In this document: piece by piece, positions 10,223-20,506 of the stretch
How positions within the stretch are numbered: position 1 is the stretch's first letter
Layout: every line of letters begins with the position of its first letter
Assembly: GCA_965226885.1 (NCBI GenBank)
Contig: CBDDEL010000011.1
Location: 160,001 to 224,000, forward strand
DNA from: Opitutales bacterium
GTDB taxonomy: Bacteria; Verrucomicrobiota; Verrucomicrobiia; Opitutales; UBA2987
Direction: 5' to 3'
Length of the DNA: 64,000 nucleotides
Notes under the pieces: model-generated
Seen by the model: only the letters and a program-made list of their open reading frames with translations
What the model was told of the DNA's origin: nothing
The model's database searches: none
Translations under genes and position numbers: made by a program

Positions 10223-10990
10223 TTATTGTTTTGTGCCACGGCGACGGCGTCGAGCATCGCGCAAGCGGTAGCTTTGCCCGTTGGCTTCGAGGATATGCAC
10301 CCGATGGGTGAGTCGGTCCAGCAGAGCTCCGGTGAGCCGTTCGGAACCGAGCACTTCGATCCAGTTCTCAAAGGGCAGGTTGGTGGTGACGATGAGACTG
10401 GTGCGCTCGTAAGCGCGGCTGACCACGTCGAAGAGCAGTTCGGAACCGGTCTTGGAAAAAGGGACGTAACCGAGTTCGTCGAGGATGAGTAGGTCGAGCC
10501 TTTCGAGTTGCTTCATGAAGCGCTGCAGGTCGTGGTTGTCGCGTTGCTCGAGCATATGGGTAACCAGGGCGGTGACCCCGAAGAAACGGATCCGCCGGCC
10601 CTGGGCACAGGCGGCAAAGCCCAGGGCGGTGGCCAGGTGCGTTTTACCGGTACCGGCGTTACCGAGGAGCAGCACGTTTTCGCGCTGGTCGACATACTCC
10701 CCGCGCATGAGCTCTCGGATGAGCGCTTCGTTGAGCGAGGGCTGCGCTTCAAAGGCGAAGCTCTCGAGGGTCTTGAGCACGGGGAAACGGGCGTTTTTGA
10801 TCCGCCGCTGGGCGGCCCGCTGTTCGCGTTCAATGAGCTCCCGTTCGACCAGATGCAACAAAAAGGCGGCGTAATCGAGCCGGTCCCGGGAACAAGCCGC
10901 GGCCACCGCCGGCCATTCGCGCAGGATGGTGGGCAACTTCAGTTTCTTGAGGTGATGGTGTAACAGCAGCTGGTTTTTTTCTTCCTTCAT
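10223..10990 (-). CDS. istB: IS21 helper ATPase
   Basis: GNAGTGKTHLA Walker A, LLILDELGY Walker B, LLDRLTH, GQSYR. Confidence 0.95.
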   Translation of the reverse strand: MKEEKNQLLLHHHLKKLKLPTILREWPAVAAACSRDRLDYAAFLLHLVERELIEREQRAAQRRIKNARFPVLKTLESFAFEAQPSLNEALIRELMRGEYVDQRENVLLLGNAGTGKTHLATALGFAACAQGRRIRFFGVTALVTHMLEQRDNHDLQRFMKQLERLDLLILDELGYVPFSKTGSELLFDVVSRAYERTSLIVTTNLPFENWIEVLGSERLTGALLDRLTHRVHILEANGQSYRLRDARRRRRGTKQ

Positions 10991-12492
10991 AAAGCCCCTC
11001 CTGGAATCTTGAGCAGTTCGCTGTAGGCACCGAGGTCAGGGGCGGCCACACGGACGTGACGCAGGTGTGGATGGCCGTCCAGCCGGAAGGTTCTGCTCCC
11101 GTAGTCTTCCTGAGGATAGAGATACTGGGCGATGGCCTCACGAGTCAGTCCCCCCACCCGCAGGGCCGAGACGACGGCCTGCTGCAAGGCCGCCATGGGG
11201 TGTTTCTCCAACAGCCGCAGCACCCGGATATACTCCCGGGTGCCTTCGCCCCCGCATTGGCTTTCGAGCCGGCGTCTGAGGACCTGCAGGCACTGCGGCA
11301 ACTGCCAGCCCGAGAGTGGGCGGGCGAAGTCCAAAGCGCCCGGTTTTTTCTCCAGCAAAGCCAGGTAGTGCACCGGCTCGAAAGAGACTTGCTCTTTATC
11401 CCAAATGCGGCGGTGCCGGGCCACCTCTTGGCCCCCACAGAAGATCACCACCTGCCGACAGGACCCTTCCACCACCACCGGATGGTGGGCGCAGCGCACC
11501 GGCACCGAATAGTCGTTGCACTCGAAGCGCACCAGCGAGAGGCTGCTGACGCAGGTCGAGCGTTTGCGGCTCGCTTCAAAGGGTATGGGCGGCAACGCCA
11601 GCATGACGGCGCGCTCCTCGGCCAGCAGTTCCTTTTTCACCGCCCTTTTCCCGCGTAATTTACGCTCCATGTCCCGCTCACATGCCTCCAACAGCTTTGC
11701 GTTGAGTTCCTCCAGGTCCCGAACCTGCGGTACCGGTACCAGGAAGTTGGCCCGGGCATAACGCACGATCCCCTCGACCACGCCCTTCTCGTTGGGCCGG
11801 GCGGGCAGACAGAAGTGTTCCTCGAACAGGTAATGGCTCTGTAGCTGCAGAAACCCGTCGGTCAGCTTGCGTTCACGCGAACCGATAATCTTACCCACCG
11901 CCACCTTCGAGTTGTCATAGCTGATGCGCCGGGGCACCGCCCCGAAAAACTCAAAAGCTCGCAGGTGCCCCTCCCAGAAGCTCTCCGTGCACTCCCGTTC
12001 GAACACCTGCACGAAAAAGGCATCGCTGTAGGGCAGGCTCATGGCAAAAAATGGCCGCCTACGCAATTGCCCCGCCTCCTTCACCAGGGCATGACCGAAG
12101 TCCACCTGTCCCTCCCCGGGGCGGTGCTCCAGCGGCACGAACACTTCCCGCCGCCTCGCTCGCAGCTCGGCCACCACCTCCTTGACCGCCGTGTAGCCCC
12201 CTTGGTAGCCCTTCTCCCGACCCAAACGCTGGTAGATCCGTTTGGCCGTATGGCGCTGCTTCTTGGGCACGTTCCGGTCCGCTTTGAGCACCTCCTCGAT
12301 CCAGCCCACATACGGATCGATCTTGCGCTCTCGCCTCTTCTTGCGCCGGTCTCCCGGCGGCTGGGAATAGGCCAGCATCTTTCCCAGGGTCTCCCAGTGC
12401 AGTCCCTCTTCTCGCATTACAGAGCGCTTGCTCTGCTTGTCCCGCAGCACTTTGTGCCGCACTCTTGTCCATTGCTTCATATCTCGATACAC
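10987..12492 (-). CDS. istA: IS21 transposase
   Basis: KKQRHTAKRI, GQVDFG, YDN, NEKGVVE; 4-bp overlap with istB. Confidence 0.95.
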   Translation of the reverse strand: MYRDMKQWTRVRHKVLRDKQSKRSVMREEGLHWETLGKMLAYSQPPGDRRKKRRERKIDPYVGWIEEVLKADRNVPKKQRHTAKRIYQRLGREKGYQGGYTAVKEVVAELRARRREVFVPLEHRPGEGQVDFGHALVKEAGQLRRRPFFAMSLPYSDAFFVQVFERECTESFWEGHLRAFEFFGAVPRRISYDNSKVAVGKIIGSRERKLTDGFLQLQSHYLFEEHFCLPARPNEKGVVEGIVRYARANFLVPVPQVRDLEELNAKLLEACERDMERKLRGKRAVKKELLAEERAVMLALPPIPFEASRKRSTCVSSLSLVRFECNDYSVPVRCAHHPVVVEGSCRQVVIFCGGQEVARHRRIWDKEQVSFEPVHYLALLEKKPGALDFARPLSGWQLPQCLQVLRRRLESQCGGEGTREYIRVLRLLEKHPMAALQQAVVSALRVGGLTREAIAQYLYPQEDYGSRTFRLDGHPHLRHVRVAAPDLGAYSELLKIPGGAL

Positions 12493-12566
12493 TCCTCCTT
12501 TCTAGGATAAGCGTACCGGTTTTAAAGCGCCCTCTTTACCGTACCGGTTTTTCCCCGGCGTTTACA

Positions 12567-12638
12567 TATGAAAAAGGCCAAATCGTTGCTCAAGATTATA
12601 ATGAGACCATCAAGTGGTATAAACTGGCTGCAGAAGTG
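12567..12638 (+). pseudogene. Sel1-like repeat gene fragment (72 bp) between two ISs
   Basis: YEKGQIVAQDYNETIKWYKLAAEV fits the Sel1 consensus YxxGxGVxxDxxxAxxWYxxAA. Confidence 0.75.
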
Positions 12639-13028
12639 GGTAGTGTTAACATTTTGAATGTTTAAGCTGTACTTTTTAGCGTGATTATGTTGTGAACTGG
12701 GAATGGTCCATATCACAGTAAAATGTCCTCAATGCGGAAGCGATCACATCATCAAGCACGGCAAGGATCCGAAAGGGGTTCAGAAGTATCGATGCAAGGG
12801 GTGTGGTTATCAGTTTCGGCTTCACCCCAAAAGTCGTGAGCATCCTCCGGCGCTGGTCAAGCAGGTGCTCCGTGCGCACCAAAACCGGATGAGCCTGCGT
12901 GCCATTTACCGTACCTTCGGGGTAGCCCCAAAGACGGTCATCGAATGGATTAAAAAAAAAGTCCTGAGTTTGCCGAAGCTGGAGTCCACTCTGCTTGCCC
13001 GCCAGTGTAGTGATGTGCTGGAACTGGA
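12639..13028 (+). mobile_element. IS1-family element A, truncated by IS1-B
   Basis: IR GGTAGTGTTAACAT; matches 63206-64000 up to GAACTGGA; InsA zinc ribbon CPQC...CKGC. Confidence 0.9.
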
Positions 13029-13834
13029 GGGAGTGTATAAAAAAAGAATGTTATTTTGTATTTTTAGCTGTACAAATAGCGTTAGGCAGTTTATTCTTAG
13101 TGCATGGTTACTAAAATTATTAATTGTCGGCACTGTGGAAGTGAAAATATCATTAAATTTGGCAAGACGCCCAACCATAAACAGCGCTACCGCTGCCATG
13201 ATTGTGGTAAACAAAGCCGCGAAAACCCCACAGTGAAATACACCGAAGAGCAAAAAGAAATGATCCTTCGAGTCTATCAGGAACGCAGCAGTCTACGCGG
13301 TTTACAGCGCGCCTTCGGGGTGAGTCCCAACACCGTTTTGAGTTGGTTAAAAAAAACGACAATCGCTGCGACCGCTCAAAAGCACGATTCTTGCGGCCCG
13401 CCGCCATGATGTCATTGAACTGGACGAACTGTGGTCTTTTGTGGGGCGCAAGAGCGATGCCCAATGGGTTTGGATCGCTCTTTGCCGACGCACCCGTCAA
13501 ATCCTCTCCTATGCCATTGGGCCTCGGGATTGGTATCGTTGCCGGGAACTTTACGAGCGTCTGCCACGGGCCTACAAAAGATGTGCCACCTACAGCGACT
13601 TTTGGAGCACTTATGATGAAGTGATGAAGTCTTTCCTCATAACCGATCCGTGGGAAAAGAAACCGGTGAAACGGCCCATGTGGAACGATGGAACAATACC
13701 CTGCGCCAACGACTGGGTCGTTTCACACGCAAAACCCTCTCCTTTTCCAAGCTTAAGAGTATGCATGAAACCTGTCTGAGACTTTTCATCAATATAATCA
13801 AGAATTAGCCACCATTCCTACTTAATACACTACC
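13029..13834 (+). mobile_element. IS1-family element B, degenerate copy
   Basis: Matches 31250-32051; variant left IR GGGAGTGTAT; 8-bp duplication frameshifts insB; no TSD. Confidence 0.9.
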
Positions 13835-14093
13835 GGAATACGCAGGTGTCGCCGGTGTCGGGATCATACTGCACCATACGGTTATTGGGGATGTCGGAAA
13901 TAACGACCAGGTTCTGGCGCGGCAGGTATACGGGCCCCTCCATCCACTCACCGCCGCGTCAATGGTGGACAAGTTGGGGGTTTTCCGGCAATAGCCGGTC
14001 AAACCTGGGGTCGTAAGACTCAAAGCCTTCTCTGAGCTCTTCAGAAGATTTTTGGCTTCTGTGGGTGGGAAAAATTTTGGATTCAGCCGTCAT
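13835..14093 (-). pseudogene. SMP-30/gluconolactonase-family 5' remnant
   Basis: Hand translation EGFESYDPRFDRLLPENPQLVHH*RGGEWMEGPVYLPRQNLVVISDIPNNRMVQYD; internal stop, cut by IS1-B. Confidence 0.8.
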
Positions 14094-14130
14094 TATTTAT
14101 TTAGTTTTGTAAATCTAAATTAATTAAAGG

Positions 14131-15282
14131 TCAATTGTGTATCCATTTGGATGGCGAAAAAGCTTCGAGTCTGAAATTTGTTGAGCCTTTGGTGGCGAAG
14201 TCAGCCAGAATTTCCCCGATGACGGGGCAGAATTTGTAGCCGTGGCCGGAGAAGCCGACGCCCAGCACCAAATTCTCATACGCGGGATGTGGACCGAGGA
14301 TGAAATCGCCTTGGGGGCTTTGGGTGTAGGGGCATGTGACTGAATACAGACAGGGCCCCGTTAAGGCGGGGATGGTTTCGGCCAGGCAACTGCGCATCTG
14401 TTCGATATCGTCCTCCGTTACTTCCCGTTGGATGGTATCCGGGTCGCAGGGTGTGCCTTTGTTGTGGATGGCTATCTTGATCCCGTTTTCCACCTCGCCG
14501 TCGTAGGGGAATCCGTAAAACTCGGTGCCATCTTCCACTTTCCAGATGTGAACGGGGAAATGTTCGGGCAGGAATGGTTCAATGCCGCATTTGGGCTGGA
14601 ACCAATGCAGGACCCGTCGTTCGATGCTCAGGGGCAAGCGCAGTTCGGGAAAAAGTTTGGCCGCCCACGGGCCCGCCGTGACGATCAGTTTTCCGGCGGA
14701 GTAACGGCCTTTGTCGGTAATGACTTCGATGCCGCCGCCGTTGGGATTTTTTATCCATTTCAGGAACGATTCATCGGTTCCGATTTGAGCGCCGTGTGCG
14801 ATTGCATTTTCGAGGTGGGCCCGGATGGCTTTTTCGGGGTGAACGAATCCTCCTTTTTTCTCGAAAAGACCGGTGTAGTTGTCGTTGGGATTGAAAACTG
14901 GAAAACGTTGCCGGATCTCGCTGGCGGTTAAAATTTCGTGGTCAATACCGTGAGTTTCAGCGCTGAGGCGGCTGCCTTGAATGATTTTTCCATCCGTTTT
15001 ACCGACCATCAGGCAGCCGGTCTGTTTTAACAATATTTGGCCGGATTGGCGGGAAAGTTTTTCCCAGAGTTCGTAGGACCTGAAAAGGAGCGGAACATAC
15101 TCGGGCCCCTCGAAATAGGCCTGCCGGATAATTCGCGATTGTCCGTGGCTTGATCCCTGGGTGTGGGGCGGGCTGAGGCGGTCGAAACCAAATACCTTTA
15201 CCCCTCGTTCAGCCAGGTGGCTGAGGGCGGCGCTGCCCATGCCTCCCAGGCCGCAGACGATGATATCATATGTTTTGGGCAT
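14131..15282 (-). CDS. solA: N-methyl-L-tryptophan oxidase / monomeric sarcosine oxidase
   Basis: GLGGMG FAD motif, HTQGSSHGQSRIIRQAY, CPYT, GFSGHGYKF. Confidence 0.88.
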   Translation of the reverse strand: MPKTYDIIVCGLGGMGSAALSHLAERGVKVFGFDRLSPPHTQGSSHGQSRIIRQAYFEGPEYVPLLFRSYELWEKLSRQSGQILLKQTGCLMVGKTDGKIIQGSRLSAETHGIDHEILTASEIRQRFPVFNPNDNYTGLFEKKGGFVHPEKAIRAHLENAIAHGAQIGTDESFLKWIKNPNGGGIEVITDKGRYSAGKLIVTAGPWAAKLFPELRLPLSIERRVLHWFQPKCGIEPFLPEHFPVHIWKVEDGTEFYGFPYDGEVENGIKIAIHNKGTPCDPDTIQREVTEDDIEQMRSCLAETIPALTGPCLYSVTCPYTQSPQGDFILGPHPAYENLVLGVGFSGHGYKFCPVIGEILADFATKGSTNFRLEAFSPSKWIHN

Positions 15283-15301
15283 GGCAAGGTGTCAGGTTGA
15301 A

Positions 15302-15329
15302 GGATGTCGCTTCGCTCGGTACAGGTGTC
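15302..15329 (+). repeat. Intergenic dispersed repeat (27/28 identical to 57827-57854)
   Basis: GGATG(T/G)CGCTTCGCTCGGTACAGGTGTC at both sites. Confidence 0.8.
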
Positions 15330-15353
15330 AGGGTTTGGAATACTTTCCCTTTT

Positions 15354-15857
15354 CTATATCACTTTTATTTCCTGATTGGCGAGGTTGGTTAGGGTTTTTC
15401 CGGTTAGTTGGTTGACGATCCATTCTTTTTTTAGCTTTGCTCCGAGGTTGACGTAGAAGTCGATGGCTGGCTGGTTCCAGTCCAGTACGGCCCATTCGAA
15501 ACGGCCACAGTCGTTATCGCGGGCATGTTTGGCCAGGTAAATGAGGAGGGCTTTGCCGATGCCTTTGCCGCGGTAGGCGGGCTTGACGAAGAGGTCTTCC
15601 AGATAAATGCCGGGGCGGCCCAGAAAAGTGGAAAAATTATAAAAAAAGAGAGCGAATCCAGCCGGCGCTCCCTTGTAATAAGCGAGGAGAGCTTTGGCCA
15701 CCGGGTTTTCTCCGAAAAGGTTTTTTCGCAAAATATCCTCCGTCACGACGACCTCATGGAGCAGTTTTTCATACTCCGCCAAATCTTTGATAAAAGAAAG
15801 AATGAGGGGGACATCTTCAATCGCAGCCTGTTTGATGTTAAAATCCGGAGTGGTCAT
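15354..15857 (-). CDS. GNAT N-acetyltransferase (diamine acetyltransferase-like)
   Basis: LAEYEK, YLEDLFVKPAYRGKGIG, WAVLDWNQPAIDFY. Confidence 0.9.
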   Translation of the reverse strand: MTTPDFNIKQAAIEDVPLILSFIKDLAEYEKLLHEVVVTEDILRKNLFGENPVAKALLAYYKGAPAGFALFFYNFSTFLGRPGIYLEDLFVKPAYRGKGIGKALLIYLAKHARDNDCGRFEWAVLDWNQPAIDFYVNLGAKLKKEWIVNQLTGKTLTNLANQEIKVI

Positions 15858-16121
15858 TGAAATGGTAAAGGATCATTCCCAGTCGCTTGGGACGAGGGAA
15901 GTTTATGGAATGATGAATACCCTTGAATCTCAAAACAATCTAATAATTATTTTGAATATTAATCCGTTTTGAGGTTCCTTGAAGTCAAAAATCACGTATT
16001 GATCCCATTATCCTCTCCCGAGTGTATTTGCATTGTTATGTTTTGTTAACTTCTACTATGATAGTATCTTTCTGAATATTTGTTTATCAGGCTTGCTATA
16101 TCCAGGTCATGAGTATCGATA

Positions 16122-18745
16122 TGATGTGACCGCCAAAAACACGACCATTGCCAGTGAGAGTCTTTCTGTGAAAATTACCGGAAAGACCTATAAAACAAAA
16201 AAGATACACACCTGAACAGATCATAACGATACTGCGCGAAGTAGACGCGGGCAAAGGCATCCAGGATGTCTGTCGGTTCCACAATATTAGTCCTCAAAGC
16301 TACCATCGTTGGCGTAAAAAGTATGGCCGCATGGAGTTGCGTGACGCCAAGCGGCTGAAGGAGCTGGAGCGCGAGAACACGCAGCTTAAGAAGATAGTAG
16401 CCGAGCAGATGCTGGAGAACCGTGTGCTCAAGGAGGTGAACGCAAAAAAATGGTAGGCCCGAAGCAGAAAAAGGAAGCGGTGAAGCATGTATTGGCCCAA
16501 GGGTCGTGCTCGCTGCGTCGGGCCTGTCAGTATTTTGGGTTGCACCGCTCAACCTATCTGTATGAACCCAAGAAAGCTATTGAGTACTGAGTATAGGCAT
16601 AAACTGGTGGCACGGATCATTGCCTTTTCGAAGAAGCATCCTCGCTATGGCTATCGTCGAATCCGCGCTTTATTGGCCCATGAAGGATGGCCCGTGAGTC
16701 GCAAATTCGTCCAAAAGGTGCGTCGTGTCGAAGGACTGGGTGTGCGCCCGCCACGCAAGCGCCGCCGTAGGCAGGGTCAATCTACGGCTTCCCCGACACG
16801 GGCTGTAAGGCCCAATCATGTATGGAGCTGGGACTTCGTGGTCGATCGCACTGACCGGGGTGGCCCGCTCAGGCTCATGACATTGATCGATGAGCATACC
16901 CGTCAATGCCTGGCCATTAAGGCAGCTCGGTCACTGAAAAGTGCCGACGTGGTGGAGGTCTTGAACGAAGCCATAAAGGACAACGGCAAACCCCAATGCA
17001 TCCGCTCGGACAACGGATCGGAGTTTATAGCCCACCAAGTCAGAGGAGAACTGCAGCGCCAGAAGATCGACATCGTATACATTGATCCTGGAAGCCCTTG
17101 GCAAAATGGACATATAGAGTCCTTTCACAATCGCCTGCGCGATGAATGCCTCAACCAGGAACTGTTCCTAAGTGACGTGTACTGGATTTGTTGGACACGG
17201 GATTCTCTTATATTCATTGTTTATTGATTAGTGTGTCAGGCGGCTTGTTTTGGTAAAGGGTTTTGTTTTCTCGTTGCCCCCCATGGGGGGCAAATATTTT
17301 CCTCGAATTGGACTGGGCTTTGGTAACTCAGAGAGGAATGTTTGCGATATCGGTTGTAGAAGATTTCCACGTATTCGAAGACAGTTGATCGCAGTTCGCG
17401 CTCGTCGGCAAAGTGGCGGCCTCGAATCGTGCTGGTCTTGAAGCGGCCGTAGAACGATTCCATGGCCGCGTTGTCGTAGCAGTTGCCTTGGGCGCTCATG
17501 CTCGGCTTCATGCCTAGTTCAGAGACCAGCCTCTGATAGTCGTCGCTGGCGTAGGGGCTGCCCCGATCGCTGTGATGAATAATCCCGGTGCGCAGTGTGC
17601 CGCGGGTCATGGCCGCGGCTTTGAGGGCCTTGCCAACCAGCTTCGCGTCGTTGTGGTTGGAAACGCTCCAGCCCAGCAGGCGTCGGCTGAACAGGTCCAT
17701 CACCGTGGCCAAGTACATCCAACCGGCCAGGGTCCGTAGGTAGGTCGTGTCCGCCACCCAGACCTCGTCGATATGGGTCGGCTGGCCATGCTTTTTAAGC
17801 ACATTGGGGCTGTAACCATAGGGATGGTTACTGTTGGTTTTTAATGGCTTAAAGCGTTTACTCTGGGTGCTTTTGATTCCCATTTCACGCATCAGACGCA
17901 GAGCCCGGTCACGGCCGCAATCGATGCCCTCATCATCCTTCAGATGGCGGTGCATTGGCCGATGCCCATAGCGGCCCTTGGCCTCTTTGTGTACCTTCAG
18001 GATCGCCCCCTTGATTCCCTCGTCCTCGATCCGCCGGGCCGAGGGCGCTCGGTGCCTCCAGCAGTAATAGCCACTGCGACAAATCCCCATCGCCGAGCAT
18101 ATTTCCTCGATCTTGAAGCGCCCCTCGTTGTCTTTGACAAACTGGTACTTCATTGTTCGTCCTTGGCAAAGTAGCCCACCGTTTTTTTTAGTATCTGGTT
18201 GATCCGCTCCGAGCGGCGCAGCTCTTTGCGAAGACGATCTATCTCGGCCGCCATCTCCTTCGGACTGCTCTGTCGCTTTGAGGTGGCTTCGCCCTGCTGA
18301 TCGTCCAGATAGAGCCTCTTCCACCTATACAATTGGTTGGTGTTGACCCCAAGTTTGGTCGATACCTCGGTGGCGCTCAGACCATCGAGTATCATCAGTT
18401 GAACTGCCTCATTTTTGAACTCTATACTAAAGCGTCTTCTTCCCATGCTTCGATTCTCCATTTAGGAGAATCTCGTGTCCACTTTTTCCAGTGCACATCA
18501 TAAGCGTGACCGAAGCGCGTGTGGTGATCGAACAATGGCGACACAAATACAACGCCGGACATCCCCACAGCCGATTAGGCTTTCTCTCCCCCAATACATT
18601 CGCCAGACTCTGGCGAACAATCAACAAAGCAGCGGCTGGCTCCATTCGGCCTACGGCCTCACTCCGCCACCCCCTGCAAAACCTACAATACCAAACCTAC
18701 GGAAATACTCTCACTTAAAGTGGTAGCAAAGATGGGGTCCGATCA
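16122..18745 (+). mobile_element. IS3-family element A copy 1, degenerate, with nested IS3-B
   Basis: Ends TGATGTGACC/GTCCGATCA; orfA ATG changed to ATA; 7-bp insertion in orfB; no TSD. Confidence 0.9.
17173..18500 (-). mobile_element. IS3-family element B copy 1 (orfA 18150-18461, orfB 17236-18153)
   Basis: IRs TGACGTGTACTGGA / TGATGTGCACTGGA, TSD TAAG; WVADTTY, HSDRGS and DNAAMESF motifs. Confidence 0.95.
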
Positions 18746-18901
18746 ATCTCGCCGAGTTGAATACCATTCGGTGAGGATTCTCTCTTGAGATGGTCGTAAT
18801 GGTCCCGTCTCACTACGTCTATCCAATAAATCGTATATTTCGACTGGATCGACTTTTTTAGGAATATCTTGTTTCTTTAATCGTTTCTTAAAATCAACCA
18901 T
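18746..18901 (-). pseudogene. 5' remnant (52 codons) of a DEAD/DEAH-type SF2 helicase gene
   Basis: RBS AGGAG then MVDFKKRLKKQDIPKKVDPVEIYDLLDRRSETGPLRPSQERILTEWYSTRRD; LRPSQ is Q-motif-like; cut by IS3-A. Confidence 0.7.
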
Positions 18902-18914
18902 CAATTAACTCCTA

Positions 18915-20199
18915 TGATGTGACCGCCGAAAACACTACCATTGCCAGTGAGAGTCTTTCTGGAGAAATTACCGGAAAGACCTATGAAGCAAAAAAGATAC
19001 ACCCCTGAACAAATCATAACGATACTGCGCGAAGTAGACGCAGGCAAAGGCATTCAGGATGTCTGTCGGTCCCACAATATCAGTCCTCAAAGCTACCATC
19101 GTTGGCGTAAAAAGTATGGCCGCATGGAGCTGCGTGGCGCCAAGCGGCTGAAGGAGCTGGAGCGCGAAAACACGCAGCTTAAGAAGATAGTAGCCGAGCA
19201 GATGCTGGAGAACCGTGTGCTCAAGGAGGTGAACGCAAAAAAATGGTAGGCCCGAAGCAGAAAAAGGAAGCGGTGAAGCATGTATTGGCCCAAGGGTCGT
19301 GCTCGCTGCGTCGGGCCTGTCAGTATTTTGGGTTGCACCGCTCAACCTACCTGTATGAACCCAAGAAAGCTACTGAGTATAGGCATAAACTGGTGGCACG
19401 CATCATTGCCTTTTCGAAGAAGCATCCGCGCTATGGCTATCGTCGGATCCGCGCTTTGTTGGCCCATGAAGGTTGGCCCGTGAGTCGCAAATTCGTCCAA
19501 AAAGTGCGTCGTTTCGAAGGACTGGGTGTGCGCCCGTCTGGCAAGCGCCGTCGCCGGCAGGGCCAATCCACGGCTACCCCGACCCGAGCAGTGCAGCCCA
19601 ACCATGTGTGGAGTTGGGACTTCGTGGCGGATCGCACCGACCGGGGCGGTCCGCTCAGGCTCTTGACACTGATCGATGAACATACCCGTCAATGCCTGGC
19701 CATTAAGGTTGCGCGCTCACTGAAAAGTGCCGATGTGGTAGAGGTATTGAACGATGCCATAAGAGAGAACGGCAAACCTCAGTGCATCCGCTCGGACAAC
19801 GGATCGGAGTTTATAGCCCACCAAGTCAAAGAAGAACTGCAGCGACAGGAAATTGCCATCGCATACATTGATCCAGGAAGCCCTTGGCAGAATGGACATA
19901 TAGAATCCTTTCATAATCGTTTGCGCGATGAATGCCTTAACCAGGAACTGTTCCTGAGCGTGACCGAAGCGCGTGTGGTGGTCGAACAATGGCGACACAA
20001 ATACAACGCGAAACACCCCCACAGCCGATTAGGCTTTCTCTCCCCAAATACATTTGCCAGACTCTGGCGAACAATCAACAAAGCAGCGGCTGGCTCCATT
20101 CGGCCTACGGCCTCATTGCGCCACCCGCTGCAAAACCTACAATACCAAACCTACGGAAATACTCTCACTTAAAGTGGTAGCAAAGATGGGGTCCGATCA
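18915..20199 (+). mobile_element. IS3-family element A copy 2, intact (orfA 18983-19249, orfB 19243-20172)
   Basis: TSD CCTA (18911-18914, 20200-20203); WSWDF, RSDNGSEF and PWQNGHIESF motifs. Confidence 0.95.
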
Positions 20200-20506
20200 C
20201 CTAGTGGAAATGAATCAATTTACAATAACAAAACTATATTTAGGCGGCAATTACACCTCGATTATAAGGTATATTATTTTTACGACCGATATTTTCAATA
20301 ATAATTGTGATAATTTGACGAAGAACTGGACCGCAATGTGATTCCTGGAATAGAGCAAATGAGGATTTGTGAGGGGATATTTTTTGGTGTGGCTTGGGGT
20401 CCAGGGGTTTTACCCCTGGCTGGCGAATGTTGCCCTTTTAGGGCGCTGGATACAGGATGCGGGCTGGGGGATTTTTAAACCCGAATGGACGCTGATTTGG
20501 TTGGTG

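Larger units (their letters stand above)
10050..12566 (-). mobile_element. IS21-family element
   Basis: IRs TGTAAACGCCGGG with two internal AAACCGGTACG repeats per end; istA/istB; no TSD. Confidence 0.93.

Noticed and set aside
16122..20199. Composite transposon from two IS3-A copies
   Set aside because: Copy 2 has its own TSD and the outer flanks do not match.
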